Positions 19,149 to 29,601 of a stretch of DNA of 64,000 bases are shown one piece after another. Below the pieces are notes generated by a model. That model saw nothing but the letters and a program-made list of their open reading frames with translations. It was not told where the DNA came from and made no database searches. Made by a program: the position numbers and the translations under genes. This stretch comes from Candidatus Mcinerneyibacterium aminivorans. GTDB lineage: Bacteria > Macinerneyibacteriota > Macinerneyibacteria > Macinerneyibacteriales > Macinerneyibacteriaceae. Position 1 is the first letter of the stretch, and each line of letters begins with the position of its first letter. The stretch is taken from positions 25,742 through 89,741 of the forward strand of contig VSIX01000032.1 of NCBI GenBank assembly GCA_008086245.1, written 5' to 3'.

Positions 19149-21742
19149 TGTTTAATTTAAATAAAATCATCTCAAAAATGAATTTAAAAAGAAAAATTAG
19201 TCTGATTATACTTGCAATATTAATTCCATTAATAGTAACCTTGCTGATTGCAGTTATCATCTACAGTAATAGAGTTTTTAAAGTAATTAACAGATCCAAC
19301 ATTAATTTAACAGGTAATGTTTATAACGCTTTAAATCAGTATAAATTACAGACTATAAGGTATTCAGCAACGATTTCGGAGAATTCCTTAATTCAAAGGG
19401 CTGTTTATTATAATGACACAGGTGTTCTGTTAAATTATTTTAAATCATTAATGGTTGAGTTGAATGTAGGAAATATAATAATCCATAACAAAAATGGAAA
19501 AATTATAGCACAGGGATATTATCCCGAGAAATTTAATATAATGGATAAAAGTAAATATTTTAAAAAAGCAATAGCTGGAAATAGAATATTTGCTATTGAT
19601 AGAATCAATAATAAATATCTTTTTTTTACTACTTCACCTATTTATCATTCAACAGATAAAAATCTTGCTGTAGGAACTATAACTGTGGAGTATGAGATTA
19701 ATAACGAATTTATGTTAAAAATTAAAAATCTTGCCGGAACACACCTTATTTTTATGGATGAAAAGGATGTTGTTACAAGTTCTTTTGGAGAAATAAAAAG
19801 AGAAAACTTATTGAAAAATTTTAAAAAGTTGAGATTGGGTAATATAAAATATGATTTAATAGAAATACCCGTAAAAGCCGATCAACAGACAAGATATTTA
19901 ATATATGCAGCAATTGATAATTCCATTATTAAAAATTCCCTTACCAACTTTATATTATTTTTATTATTTATTTTTGTAGCTGCTATGGCGCTTGGAATTA
20001 CCCTTGCATTGAAAATTGCTAATAATATAAATAACTCAAAAAATAAGATACTGGCTTTTACCGAAGAAATTTCAAAAAATAACTATAATACCAGAGTAGA
20101 GATTGATACCGAGGATGAGTTTAAGATGCTGGCATCTACATTTAATAAAATGGCTGATAATATAAAAAACAATTTTGGCCGGATAGAAAAACAGAGAGAT
20201 GAAATAAGATTATTTAAAAATTATCTTTCAGGGATAATAGATTCAATGCCTTCCCTGCTAATTTCAATTAATAAAAAAGGTGAAATTAAAAGATGGAATA
20301 AAGCTGTAACTTCCTATACAGGTATAAAATCCGAAAAAGTGAAGGGGGCAAAAATTGGCAGTATTATTCCTATGTTTAAAAGATATTTGAAGTATATTGA
20401 TGATGTTATTGAAAATAATAAAACATTTTCTTTTTCCAGAGAAAGGTTTGGAAATGAAGAGATTAAATATTTTGATATAAATTTATTTCCGGTAAAAAAT
20501 GAATCTTACTGCGAAATGTTAATTAGAGCCGATGATGTGACAGAAATGCATAATAAAGATATGGAACTTAAGCAGATTCAAAAAATGGAAACGGTTGGAA
20601 ATTTAGCCAGCGGATTTGCCCATGATTTAAATAATATTCTTGGAGGTATTGTCGGCATATTATCTATACTGGAATATAAAATAGAAAATGAAAAGAATAT
20701 TTCCCGGGACGAGTTAGGGGATAGAGTAAAATCCATGATAAATATATCCCGCAGGGCAGAAGATCTTATTAATAAATTACTGACACTGGCCAGGAAAAAG
20801 GAAATGAAATTTCTACCTGTTGATATAAATGAAATAATTGAAAATGTTGTTGGAATATGCACTAATTCATTCAATAAAAAAATAAATATTGAACAAAAAC
20901 TTTCAAAGAATCGGATTTTGATAAATGCTGATAGTACACAAATAGAGCAGGCTATTTTGAATATTTGTATAAATAGTGAACATGCCATGACCATAATGAA
21001 AGGCAATGAAGATGATTATGGGGGTACCTTAAGTATAGAAGTTGAGTTAATAGAATCGGATAAATACTTTGTTAAATATCATCCAAAAGCCGAAGTGGAT
21101 TCACATTACTGTATTGTTTCAGTTTCTGATAATGGTGTTGGGATGGATGCAGAAACTCAAAATAAAATATTTGAGCCTTTCTTTACCAGTAAAGAGAAGA
21201 TGGGAGGTACAGGTCTGGGGCTGACTATGGTATATAATATAATCTCCCAGCATAATGGATTTATTGAAATTTATTCGGAAATTGATGAAGGAACTTCTTT
21301 TAATGTTTATTTACCCGTTATGGAAAAACCTTTTGATAAGAGTAAAATTGAAAAGGAAAGTATTGTAATGGGGGAAGGTACGGTGCTTGTTGTGGATGAT
21401 GAGAGTATTATGAGAGAAGTAGCTGGTTCAATATTAAAGGAATGTAATTATAATGTTATAAAGGCGAAAGATGGAAAGGAATGCTTAGATATTTATAGAG
21501 CAAATAAAGAAAGAATCAATTGTATTCTTCTCGATTATGGAATGCCGATAATGACCGGAAAAGAGGTTTTTCAAAAACTGAAAGAAATTGATAAAGATGT
21601 AAAAGTTATTCTTACTTCGGGGTCCAGAAAAGAGGATAAAATGAACAGTTTGGGAGAAAATTACAAGATAAAATTTCTTAAAAAACCCTTTACACTTAGA
21701 AAGCTATCCAAAATTGTAGCTGAAATTTTAGAGATAGTTTAA
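19148..21742 (+). CDS. Hybrid sensor histidine kinase (Cache-HAMP-PAS-HisKA-HATPase-REC)
   Basis: Two TMs, HAMP 'DEF..LA..FN.M', H-box AHDLNN, DNGVGM, FEPFFTSK, GTGLGL, REC LVVDD...LLDYGMP...KPF. Confidence 0.93.
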   Translation: MFNLNKIISKMNLKRKISLIILAILIPLIVTLLIAVIIYSNRVFKVINRSNINLTGNVYNALNQYKLQTIRYSATISENSLIQRAVYYNDTGVLLNYFKSLMVELNVGNIIIHNKNGKIIAQGYYPEKFNIMDKSKYFKKAIAGNRIFAIDRINNKYLFFTTSPIYHSTDKNLAVGTITVEYEINNEFMLKIKNLAGTHLIFMDEKDVVTSSFGEIKRENLLKNFKKLRLGNIKYDLIEIPVKADQQTRYLIYAAIDNSIIKNSLTNFILFLLFIFVAAMALGITLALKIANNINNSKNKILAFTEEISKNNYNTRVEIDTEDEFKMLASTFNKMADNIKNNFGRIEKQRDEIRLFKNYLSGIIDSMPSLLISINKKGEIKRWNKAVTSYTGIKSEKVKGAKIGSIIPMFKRYLKYIDDVIENNKTFSFSRERFGNEEIKYFDINLFPVKNESYCEMLIRADDVTEMHNKDMELKQIQKMETVGNLASGFAHDLNNILGGIVGILSILEYKIENEKNISRDELGDRVKSMINISRRAEDLINKLLTLARKKEMKFLPVDINEIIENVVGICTNSFNKKINIEQKLSKNRILINADSTQIEQAILNICINSEHAMTIMKGNEDDYGGTLSIEVELIESDKYFVKYHPKAEVDSHYCIVSVSDNGVGMDAETQNKIFEPFFTSKEKMGGTGLGLTMVYNIISQHNGFIEIYSEIDEGTSFNVYLPVMEKPFDKSKIEKESIVMGEGTVLVVDDESIMREVAGSILKECNYNVIKAKDGKECLDIYRANKERINCILLDYGMPIMTGKEVFQKLKEIDKDVKVILTSGSRKEDKMNSLGENYKIKFLKKPFTLRKLSKIVAEILEIV

Positions 21743-22037
21743 AGACTGCTTAAGGAAGTTTTATAATTTATCTTATTTTAACTCTTATCTAAAAGCATTT
21801 ATAAATAATATTCATGTTTTCCTGAACTATCAGTCAAATAATATCTACTATAATCTATATAAAAAGTTAGAAGATTTTGATTTATTAGTTGCTGGTTTTA
21901 TAAACTGCTAAATATGTTAGGAATTTTTAAGAAAATATTTGAGATAATTAAAAATTTCTCTATAATTATTCGGAGTGAAAATGTTCGTATAAAGAAATAT
22001 AATTTAAATTTAAAACCAATAATACGGGGTGAGTTAA

Positions 22038-23470
22038 ATGAAAAAATTATCAGTTATTATTTTTTTTGTGTTAATTTTGACGGTTAGTTTGGCTGCAGCT
22101 GATAAAAGTATCTCTAAAGAGATGCTTGAAGATATTACGAAGTATAAAGCTACAGGAAAGGACAAACTGATTCAGGATACTTTTTTTGAAAATTCAGTTT
22201 GGACCATGGCAATCAATCCTGATATTTTTAGAAAGCACAATGATAGGTTCTCCCATGAGATAAAATCCGGAAATATAACAAATCAGGAATATACCGGTAG
22301 ATGCTGGATATTTGGTGCTTTAAATTCTATTAGACCTTTTGTTATTGAGAAAACCGGGAAGAAAGATTTTGAGTTTTCTCAAAATATATCTATTTTTACA
22401 GCAAACTGGAAAAGGCAAATTATTTTTTTGAAAAGGTAATAGATTTTATAGACTATGGAATAAGGAGCTATCAGTTTCAGGAACTGATTGATGAACCAAT
22501 TGAAGATGGGGGATACTACAGCTGGGTTAGGGGTATAATTAAAAAATATGGAATTGTTCCGGACAGCCAGATGATTGATACAAAGAGTACCGAAAATTCC
22601 CGTGGGATGAATAAAATATTAAACAGATATGTTTTAATTTCTGCATCTAAAATGATCGATAAATATGAAGAAACAAAAGATAAGGAAGATATGAGAGAGA
22701 TGAAAACGGAGTTTTTAAAAGGAGTTTATAAAATTCTTGTCCTTCATCTTGGAACTCCACCTGAGGAGTTTACTTTTGCATATAAGGAAAAAGATAAATC
22801 CAAAAAGAAAGATGAAGGCAGCAAAAATAAGGATTCTGAGGGTAATAAGGATAAAACTGAATGGGTTGAAGAAAAGCATACCCCTTATTCCTTTGCAGAA
22901 AAATATGTTTATGAGGACCTGGATAAAATTGTCACCGTAACATATATTCCTTCGAGAAAAATGAACCAGCCGTACAAATTAGTGGGAACAGATCTTGTAA
23001 AAGACGAGATGGGAAATATTATTAGATATAATATGAATTTGAATGAAATAAAAAAGATGATGAAAAAATCAATTAAGGATGATCTACCCGTAGCTTTTGC
23101 TGCAAATGCTAATTTTGATATGCATAATGATACTGGAGTAATGCATCCTGAAGTTTACAATTATGAAAAAATATATGATTTGGACCTTAAGAGAAGTAAA
23201 ACAGCAGAAGGATTGATGGGTCTTATCTTTTCGAATCACCTAATGACTGTACTGGGGTTGGATGAGAAAAATGAAGAAGTTATAAAATGGAAAGTTGAAA
23301 ACTCCTGGGGAGAGGATGCAGGAGATAACGGTATTTATTATATGTATGATGGCTGGATAGATAAATATGTTGAAGAAGTATATATACATAGAAAATATCT
23401 ATCCAAAAAACATTTAAAAAATTTAAAGAAAACACCAATTGAAGTTGATTATTACGAAACTCCTTATTAA
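22038..23470 (+). pseudogene. pepC: Secreted C1B cysteine aminopeptidase (PepC/bleomycin hydrolase family), split by a 1-nt frameshift at ~22385
   Basis: Signal peptide; NQEYTGRCWIF (catalytic Q/C); FEFSQN then YFYSKLEKANYFF in the other frame; EDGGY; NHLM (His); ENSWG (Asn). Confidence 0.85.
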
Positions 23471-23490
23471 AATATTGAGTTTGAAAAATT

Positions 23491-23528
23491 AGGGCGTCAA
23501 AATCCTGTATTTTGACGTCCTCTTTTTA
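23491..23528 (+). terminator. Intrinsic terminator
   Basis: AGGGCGTCAAAAT-CCTGT-ATTTTGACGTCCT followed by CTTTTT. Confidence 0.8.
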
Positions 23529-23693
23529 TATTAAAATTTTTGATTTCCTCTTTAATCAAAACAAAAAGCATATACCGGGCAACAGAATTCAGAAAACAGA
23601 TATTAAAACATACTTGCTAAAAAAAAATATTAGGATAAAATAAAATTATTGGAATATTAATATTCTTAACAATTAAATTAGGAGATTATAAAT

Positions 23694-24170
23694 ATGAGCC
23701 TTTTAATTATCTATTCAACCAAATATGGCTGTACCGAAAAAGTTGCTAACAGGCTGGCTAATTACTACCGGAAGAAATATCATCTCATAAATATTAAAAA
23801 ACAAAACTTCAATCCAGATATTTTAAATGAATTTAATTCAATCGCAATTGGCGGATCAATTTATGCGGGTAAAATTCAAAAAGAAATAAGTAAATTTTGT
23901 GAAGATTATAAAGATTTGTTGCTCAAGAAAAAAATAGGTTTATTTATTTGCTGCGGTTCTGAGGCTGAAATTGATAAATATTTTGAAAAATCTTTTATTA
24001 GTGAAGTTTTGGAGCATGCTGTAGATAAAGCATATATGGGATATGAATACAATTTTGATAAAATGAATTTTCTGGAAAAAATGCTAGTTAAATCAATAGC
24101 CAAAATTAAGGAAAATAAATCCCTGATTAAGGAAGAAAATATTAAAAATTTAGCAAATAAATTGAACTAA
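23694..24170 (+). CDS. Flavodoxin domain protein (HemG-like)
   Basis: YSTKYGCTEKVA, IGGSIYAG, GLFICC. Confidence 0.85.
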   Translation: MSLLIIYSTKYGCTEKVANRLANYYRKKYHLINIKKQNFNPDILNEFNSIAIGGSIYAGKIQKEISKFCEDYKDLLLKKKIGLFICCGSEAEIDKYFEKSFISEVLEHAVDKAYMGYEYNFDKMNFLEKMLVKSIAKIKENKSLIKEENIKNLANKLN

Positions 24171-24283
24171 AAAAATGCATCGATTGCGAATTAATTTGTA
24201 GCTCCTAAAGCTGTAAGAAGAAAAAAAATTTTGATAACAGAAGAAACTTATCTTTCTAAGTAGCTAATATTGTGAGGGCAATC

Positions 24284-25108
24284 ATGATAAAAAATATACT
24301 TTTAATTTTATTCATAATTCTTTTTTTATTTATGATAATTAGATTTTTTTTTAAATATAAGTTTAATAAATATTTTTATACCAAAGTAGAAAAACTGTTT
24401 GAATTGTCTGAGGATATATCAAATCAAAAAGTTAATTTTGAGAATCTAAAAAGTCTACCCGGGCCTGTACGAAAATATTTTAGATATTCTCTAACAGATG
24501 GTATCCATTATATTAGTTCTGTAAGAATGAAGCATGAAGGTGAGTTTAAAATGGGAAAAGATAAGGGATGGGTTCCTATAAAGGGAAGGCAGTATTACAC
24601 ATCTGAACCCCCAGGATTTGTCTGGAAGGGGGATATTCGTTTTGCTTCTGCGATAGATAGTTACATTGATGGAGAGGGCAGATTAATGGCAAAGGCCTTT
24701 TCTATCTTCAAAGTAATTGATTTAAAATCAGATAAGATGAATGAAGCCGAGTTCATGAGATGGTTAACGGAAGCTGTTTTGTTTCCCACTGCTTTATTAC
24801 CCTCCAGAAACATTAAGTGGGAATATATTGATCAAAGTTCGGCAAAGTTAATTTATAAGAATAATGGTAATGCCCCTGAATGCAAGGTGTTTTTCAATGA
24901 TAAAAACCAAATTACAGAATTCAAAAGCAAAAGATATGATGGAGAAAAAATTAAGACATGGGGTGGAATTGTATCAAATTACAAAAGGATTAACAATATG
25001 ATGATCCCCACACAAATAGAAGCTTACTGGGAAAAAAATGATAAAAAAAGTAGATATGCAAAATTTTCAATTACAGAAATTGATTATAACACAACAAAAC
25101 TCTTTTAA
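24284..25108 (+). CDS. DUF6544/DUF6920-like membrane-anchored protein
   Basis: LP.PV.KYF, QYY...PPGFVW, RWL.EAV.FPTALLP. Confidence 0.65.
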   Translation: MIKNILLILFIILFLFMIIRFFFKYKFNKYFYTKVEKLFELSEDISNQKVNFENLKSLPGPVRKYFRYSLTDGIHYISSVRMKHEGEFKMGKDKGWVPIKGRQYYTSEPPGFVWKGDIRFASAIDSYIDGEGRLMAKAFSIFKVIDLKSDKMNEAEFMRWLTEAVLFPTALLPSRNIKWEYIDQSSAKLIYKNNGNAPECKVFFNDKNQITEFKSKRYDGEKIKTWGGIVSNYKRINNMMIPTQIEAYWEKNDKKSRYAKFSITEIDYNTTKLF

Positions 25109-25151
25109 ATGAAAAAAGTAGAAAAATATTTCAAATATAAAAATTAATCCC

Positions 25152-25179
25152 TTGACATATTTCGCGATACGAATATAAT
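25152..25179 (+). promoter_or_regulatory. Consensus sigma70/sigmaA promoter of the ABC exporter operon
   Basis: TTGACA-16 nt-TATAAT, ending 8 nt before ATG 25188. Confidence 0.7.
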
Positions 25180-25187
25180 TATCCGGC

Positions 25188-26912
25188 ATGATAAAATATC
25201 TGTTTAAAAATTATATTTCTCCATTTAAATGGCGTTTTGCTCTGGGATTCATTTTGCTTATACTGGGGTCATTTCTTAATGTTCTGCTTCCCAAGATATT
25301 AATGGAAGCAATTGATAGGGGAGTGGATGTATCGGATGAGAATCAGCTTATTCATTTTGGATTAGTTTATCTAACAGCATTTTTGTTTTATATTTTTTCT
25401 CTTTATTTTATGGCTATAGTGCTTGAAAATTTGGGACAGGATATATTAATTAAATTGAAAACCACTTCCTTTTATAAAGTTTTAAACTGGGATTATCATC
25501 AGTTTACCAAATATTCCGCAGGCAATCTTGTTTCCAGAATAGAAAGGGATGCAGAAAAGGTAAGGTTTTTCTTTACATATGCTCTTGTTGCTATTGTTCA
25601 GAGCTTTCTTATGTTTCTGGGAATGATTTTCCTAATGGGCAGTGAAAATAAGTTGCTTACTCTGATAGTTATTGCACCATTACCTCTGGTTGTGTTTCTG
25701 CTTTATCTTTTACAGAAATTTGTATATCCAAAATTTAAAAAAGTTAGAAAAATTATGGCAGAAATTATGTCCAAAACAACTGAGTATCTACGAGGTCTTG
25801 ATGTCTTAAAGGTGTTTAATAGGGAAAAGTTATATTTTGATAAATATGACAGTGATAATGAAAATAAATTTAAACTGGAACGCAATATTGAAATTGTATG
25901 GATTGTTTTTTTTAATTTTATAATGCTTTTAACCAACCTGGTTATAGCAATAATTTTTAAAGTAGGGGCACCAATGATTGTAAAGGGTATTCTTACCTAC
26001 GGGGCTATAGTTATGTTTATAGAGTATGTTAGACAGTTCTTTTTTCCCTTAATTCAAATATCAGAGCAAATATCTCAAATTCAAAGGGCAATTGCTTCGT
26101 TTTCAAGAATATATAAGATGCATTCTAAGGAATCAAAAATAAAAAGTGGCAATGAAGAGATAGAAAAAATCCTAAATTCAATTGAGTTTGAAAATGTAAA
26201 TTTTTCCTACAAGGTAGATGAGCCAGTATTGAAGAATATAAGTTTTAAAATTCCAAAAGGAGAAAAGTGGGCTATAGTTGGTGAAACCGGTTCTGGTAAA
26301 AGCACTTTAATTAAACTTTTGTTGAGATTTTATGATGTAGATAAAGGAAGAGTTTTAATAGATGGTACTAACATTCGGGATATAAAGATTAAGTCGTTAA
26401 GAAAGGATATATCCCTAATTGAACAGGATTTTTATCTTTTTCCTGCAACAGTAATCGATAATATAAGGTTGTTTGATAATTCAATTACCAAAAATTATAT
26501 TAAAAAAATCTGTAAAGCCATAAAGATAGATGGTTTTATTGAAAATCTACCCAGGGGGTATGACACTTATTTAAGGGAAGAAGGAAGTAATTTGTCTGTT
26601 GGAGAAAAACAGCTTCTTTCTATTGCAAGAGCTATGGTAAAAGAAGCAGACCTTGTTTTGCTGGATGAAGCAACTTCATCTATTGATCCTCATACTGAAA
26701 AAAAGATTGATAAAGCAATGAATATTTTGCTTAAGGATAAAACATCAATAATTATTGCTCATAGATTAAATACAATCCTTGATGCTGATAAAATAATTGT
26801 TCTTCATGAGGGGAAAATATTAGAAATTGGAAATCACAGGGAACTGTATAAAAAAGAGGGTTATTATTATAATCTGTGCCAGAATCAGTTTGTAGAGAAG
26901 TTAGAGGATTAA
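25188..26912 (+). CDS. ABC exporter, fused permease/ATPase (heterodimer subunit, consensus Walker B)
   Basis: TM domain; GETGSGKS; LSVGEKQ; LLDEATS; AHRL. Confidence 0.93.
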   Translation: MIKYLFKNYISPFKWRFALGFILLILGSFLNVLLPKILMEAIDRGVDVSDENQLIHFGLVYLTAFLFYIFSLYFMAIVLENLGQDILIKLKTTSFYKVLNWDYHQFTKYSAGNLVSRIERDAEKVRFFFTYALVAIVQSFLMFLGMIFLMGSENKLLTLIVIAPLPLVVFLLYLLQKFVYPKFKKVRKIMAEIMSKTTEYLRGLDVLKVFNREKLYFDKYDSDNENKFKLERNIEIVWIVFFNFIMLLTNLVIAIIFKVGAPMIVKGILTYGAIVMFIEYVRQFFFPLIQISEQISQIQRAIASFSRIYKMHSKESKIKSGNEEIEKILNSIEFENVNFSYKVDEPVLKNISFKIPKGEKWAIVGETGSGKSTLIKLLLRFYDVDKGRVLIDGTNIRDIKIKSLRKDISLIEQDFYLFPATVIDNIRLFDNSITKNYIKKICKAIKIDGFIENLPRGYDTYLREEGSNLSVGEKQLLSIARAMVKEADLVLLDEATSSIDPHTEKKIDKAMNILLKDKTSIIIAHRLNTILDADKIIVLHEGKILEIGNHRELYKKEGYYYNLCQNQFVEKLED

Positions 26913-26913
26913 A

Positions 26914-28623
26914 ATGAGTTTTGTCGAGAGAATAAAAAAAGAGTGGAAACCTTATAAAAAGAGATTTATTTTTTTACTTTTTATTACAGTATTATCAGCA
27001 ATTTTAAGAACATCCATTCCTTATTTTTTCAAATTTATTGTAGATCTGTTAAAAGACAAATCACCAATTTCACAAATTGATGATTATATCTATATGATTG
27101 TGATTTTGAGCATAGGTAGGTTTTTACTTTATTCGTATTTTCAGAGTAATCGGGCAATGATGAATTTTAAATTTCAGTGGAATGTTAGAAGTAGAGCTTT
27201 TAATAAATTATTGAAAGCGGGAAAGCTGAAATTCCAGCATATTAATATAGGTGAAATAGTTACAAGATTATCCGATGACACGGAAAAACTGACATGGTTT
27301 TTATCCTCCGGTATTTTTCGCGGTCTGGATGCTATACTTATTTTTGGATTAAGCATTTTTTATATGTTAACCCTCTCTCCTTTTTTGACTTTGTTTTCGG
27401 TGTCAACTTTAATTTTTGTTGTTGTTTTCATGCTGGTTTTTAGAACTGTTCTACATAGAGCATACAGCAAATTACAGACATCTATTTCTGAAGTTAATGA
27501 TTACATAAATTCATCGATAAACGGGGTATCAATTATTAAAGGTTATAACAGGGAAGAAAATCTAAAGGATTATTTCTATAAACTTGTTAAAAAAAGAAAA
27601 GAACATGAAATGCGGGTGGTTAAACTGGATAGAGGAACGATGGTGTTCTATCAGTCACTTCCTCATATAACAACAATAATAGTAATATTTGTGGGAGGTT
27701 ATAAGGTAATTTCAGGAGAAATAACACTGGGTACTCTTGTTGCTTTTTTGGGTTATATTAAAAATTTAATACACCCCATGCTCGATATCGGAACTCTTTT
27801 TGTGAGGGGGAAAAGGGCTTCGGTTTCAAGTAAAAGAATTGAGAAGCTTGAAGATATAAAAATGGAATATTTAAACAGAGCCGAAAAAATATCCTTTAAT
27901 GAGAATATAGTTTTTAAAAATGTAACTTTTAAATATGGAGAAAAAGAGATACTTAAAAATATTAATTTAGAAATCGAAAAGGGTGAGAAAATAGCTTTAA
28001 TGGGCAAAATAGGTTCAGGAAAAAGCTTTTTAACCCTTCTGTTAAGCGGAATTATAAAGCCTACAGAAGGAAAAATTTATATTGATGGTAAAGATATCAG
28101 CGGGGGAAATATAAAATCATTCAGAAAAAATATTGGTTATGCCCCCCAGGAGCCCATTGTGTTTTCAGATACAATAAAAAATAATATTTTGATGGGTGAA
28201 TCACTGGATGAAACCAGTTTTGATTATGCTATAAATACCTCTCAGTTTAAAGGAGAACTTGAAAAATTTGGTCTTGGATTTGAAGAAAAAATAGGTCCAA
28301 AAGGAAATACTCTTTCAGGTGGACAGAAGCAGAGATTGGCTCTAGCAAGAGCTCTTTACAGAAAACCACCCATTCTTATCCTCGATGATATTACCTCGGC
28401 ACTCGATGCTGAAACAGAAATGAATTTATGGAAAGATCTGTTCCATACTATTCCGGAACAGACTTTAATTCTGGTTACCCATAGACCCAAAACTGCTGAA
28501 ATTGTGGATAAAATAGTTATAATGGAAAGGGGAAAAATCGTTGAAAAAGGTTCTCATTGTGATTTAATAAAAAGAGATTCATTATATAAAGAAATCTATG
28601 TAAAAATGCTGGATGAAAAATAA
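26914..28623 (+). CDS. ABC exporter, fused permease/ATPase (heterodimer subunit, degenerate Walker B)
   Basis: GKIGSGKS; LSGGQKQR; ILDDITSALD. Confidence 0.93.
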   Translation: MSFVERIKKEWKPYKKRFIFLLFITVLSAILRTSIPYFFKFIVDLLKDKSPISQIDDYIYMIVILSIGRFLLYSYFQSNRAMMNFKFQWNVRSRAFNKLLKAGKLKFQHINIGEIVTRLSDDTEKLTWFLSSGIFRGLDAILIFGLSIFYMLTLSPFLTLFSVSTLIFVVVFMLVFRTVLHRAYSKLQTSISEVNDYINSSINGVSIIKGYNREENLKDYFYKLVKKRKEHEMRVVKLDRGTMVFYQSLPHITTIIVIFVGGYKVISGEITLGTLVAFLGYIKNLIHPMLDIGTLFVRGKRASVSSKRIEKLEDIKMEYLNRAEKISFNENIVFKNVTFKYGEKEILKNINLEIEKGEKIALMGKIGSGKSFLTLLLSGIIKPTEGKIYIDGKDISGGNIKSFRKNIGYAPQEPIVFSDTIKNNILMGESLDETSFDYAINTSQFKGELEKFGLGFEEKIGPKGNTLSGGQKQRLALARALYRKPPILILDDITSALDAETEMNLWKDLFHTIPEQTLILVTHRPKTAEIVDKIVIMERGKIVEKGSHCDLIKRDSLYKEIYVKMLDEK

Positions 28624-28635
28624 TGTTTTAAAATT

Positions 28636-29370
28636 ATGGGGATAGAAATGGATTCTAAAAGTGTTGTTATAATAGGTGCTTCTTCAGGTATTGGAAAGGG
28701 TCTGGCCTATAAATTTTCCCAAAATGGTTATAGAGTTGGTCTGGTTGCAAGAAGAATTAATTTGTTAAAAGAGATTGCGGAGGATATTCCCACCAGAGGA
28801 TATGTTAAGCAAATAGATGTAACTGAAACTCAAAAAGCGATGTCCAGGATGAAAGAGTTACTGAAAGAAATGAAAAATGTAGATATAGTGGTATTAAATG
28901 CAGGGGCGGGTAATATAAATCACGAACTTGACTGGCAGAAAGAGGAAATTTCTATACAAACAAATATATTGGGTTTTACTTCATTGTTAAATGTTGTTTA
29001 TCACTACTTTAGAAAACAACAGAGTGGACATATTGTGGGAATATCTTCCATTGCAGCACTGTTCGGAAATAGATATTCACCGGCCTACAGCGCTTCAAAG
29101 ACCTATATTTCTAAATATCTTGATGGGATAAGAAACAAAACAATACATGATAATCTTAATATAGAAATTACTGATATTATGCCTGGATTTGTGGATACAA
29201 AAATGGCTCAGGGCGAGCATGTTTTCTGGAAGGTTTCTGTAGCTAAGGCTGTAAATCAAATTTATAAAGCAATAATTAAGAAGAAAAAAAGAGTATATAT
29301 ACCAAAGAGATGGAGATTAATTGCCTGGCTTATAAACCTGCTTCCCGATTTTATCCTGGATAGGATATAG
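28636..29370 (+). CDS. SDR family oxidoreductase
   Basis: GASSGIG, NAG, YSASK, PGFVDT. Confidence 0.92.
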   Translation: MGIEMDSKSVVIIGASSGIGKGLAYKFSQNGYRVGLVARRINLLKEIAEDIPTRGYVKQIDVTETQKAMSRMKELLKEMKNVDIVVLNAGAGNINHELDWQKEEISIQTNILGFTSLLNVVYHYFRKQQSGHIVGISSIAALFGNRYSPAYSASKTYISKYLDGIRNKTIHDNLNIEITDIMPGFVDTKMAQGEHVFWKVSVAKAVNQIYKAIIKKKKRVYIPKRWRLIAWLINLLPDFILDRI

Positions 29371-29601
29371 GCAATAATTTTAAACTTTATAGAGCTATAA
29401 TTGTTGTTTCTTTTGGATTATAGGAGAAAGTAAAGCTGTCTTACTCATAAAAGAGCAGTTATAAATTATATGCAATTTATTAAATAGATCCCTTTATAAA
29501 AGCAATATAGTTTAATATATAGCTGTTTATATTTTTCTTGTCAAAGATATATTTTTATCTATAATTATTACGCAAACAGAAATAAAATTGGGAGCTTAAT
29601 T

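Noticed and set aside
26914-28623. Degenerate Walker B (DD) as a sign of inactivation
   Set aside because: This is normal for heterodimeric ABC exporters with one degenerate nucleotide-binding site.
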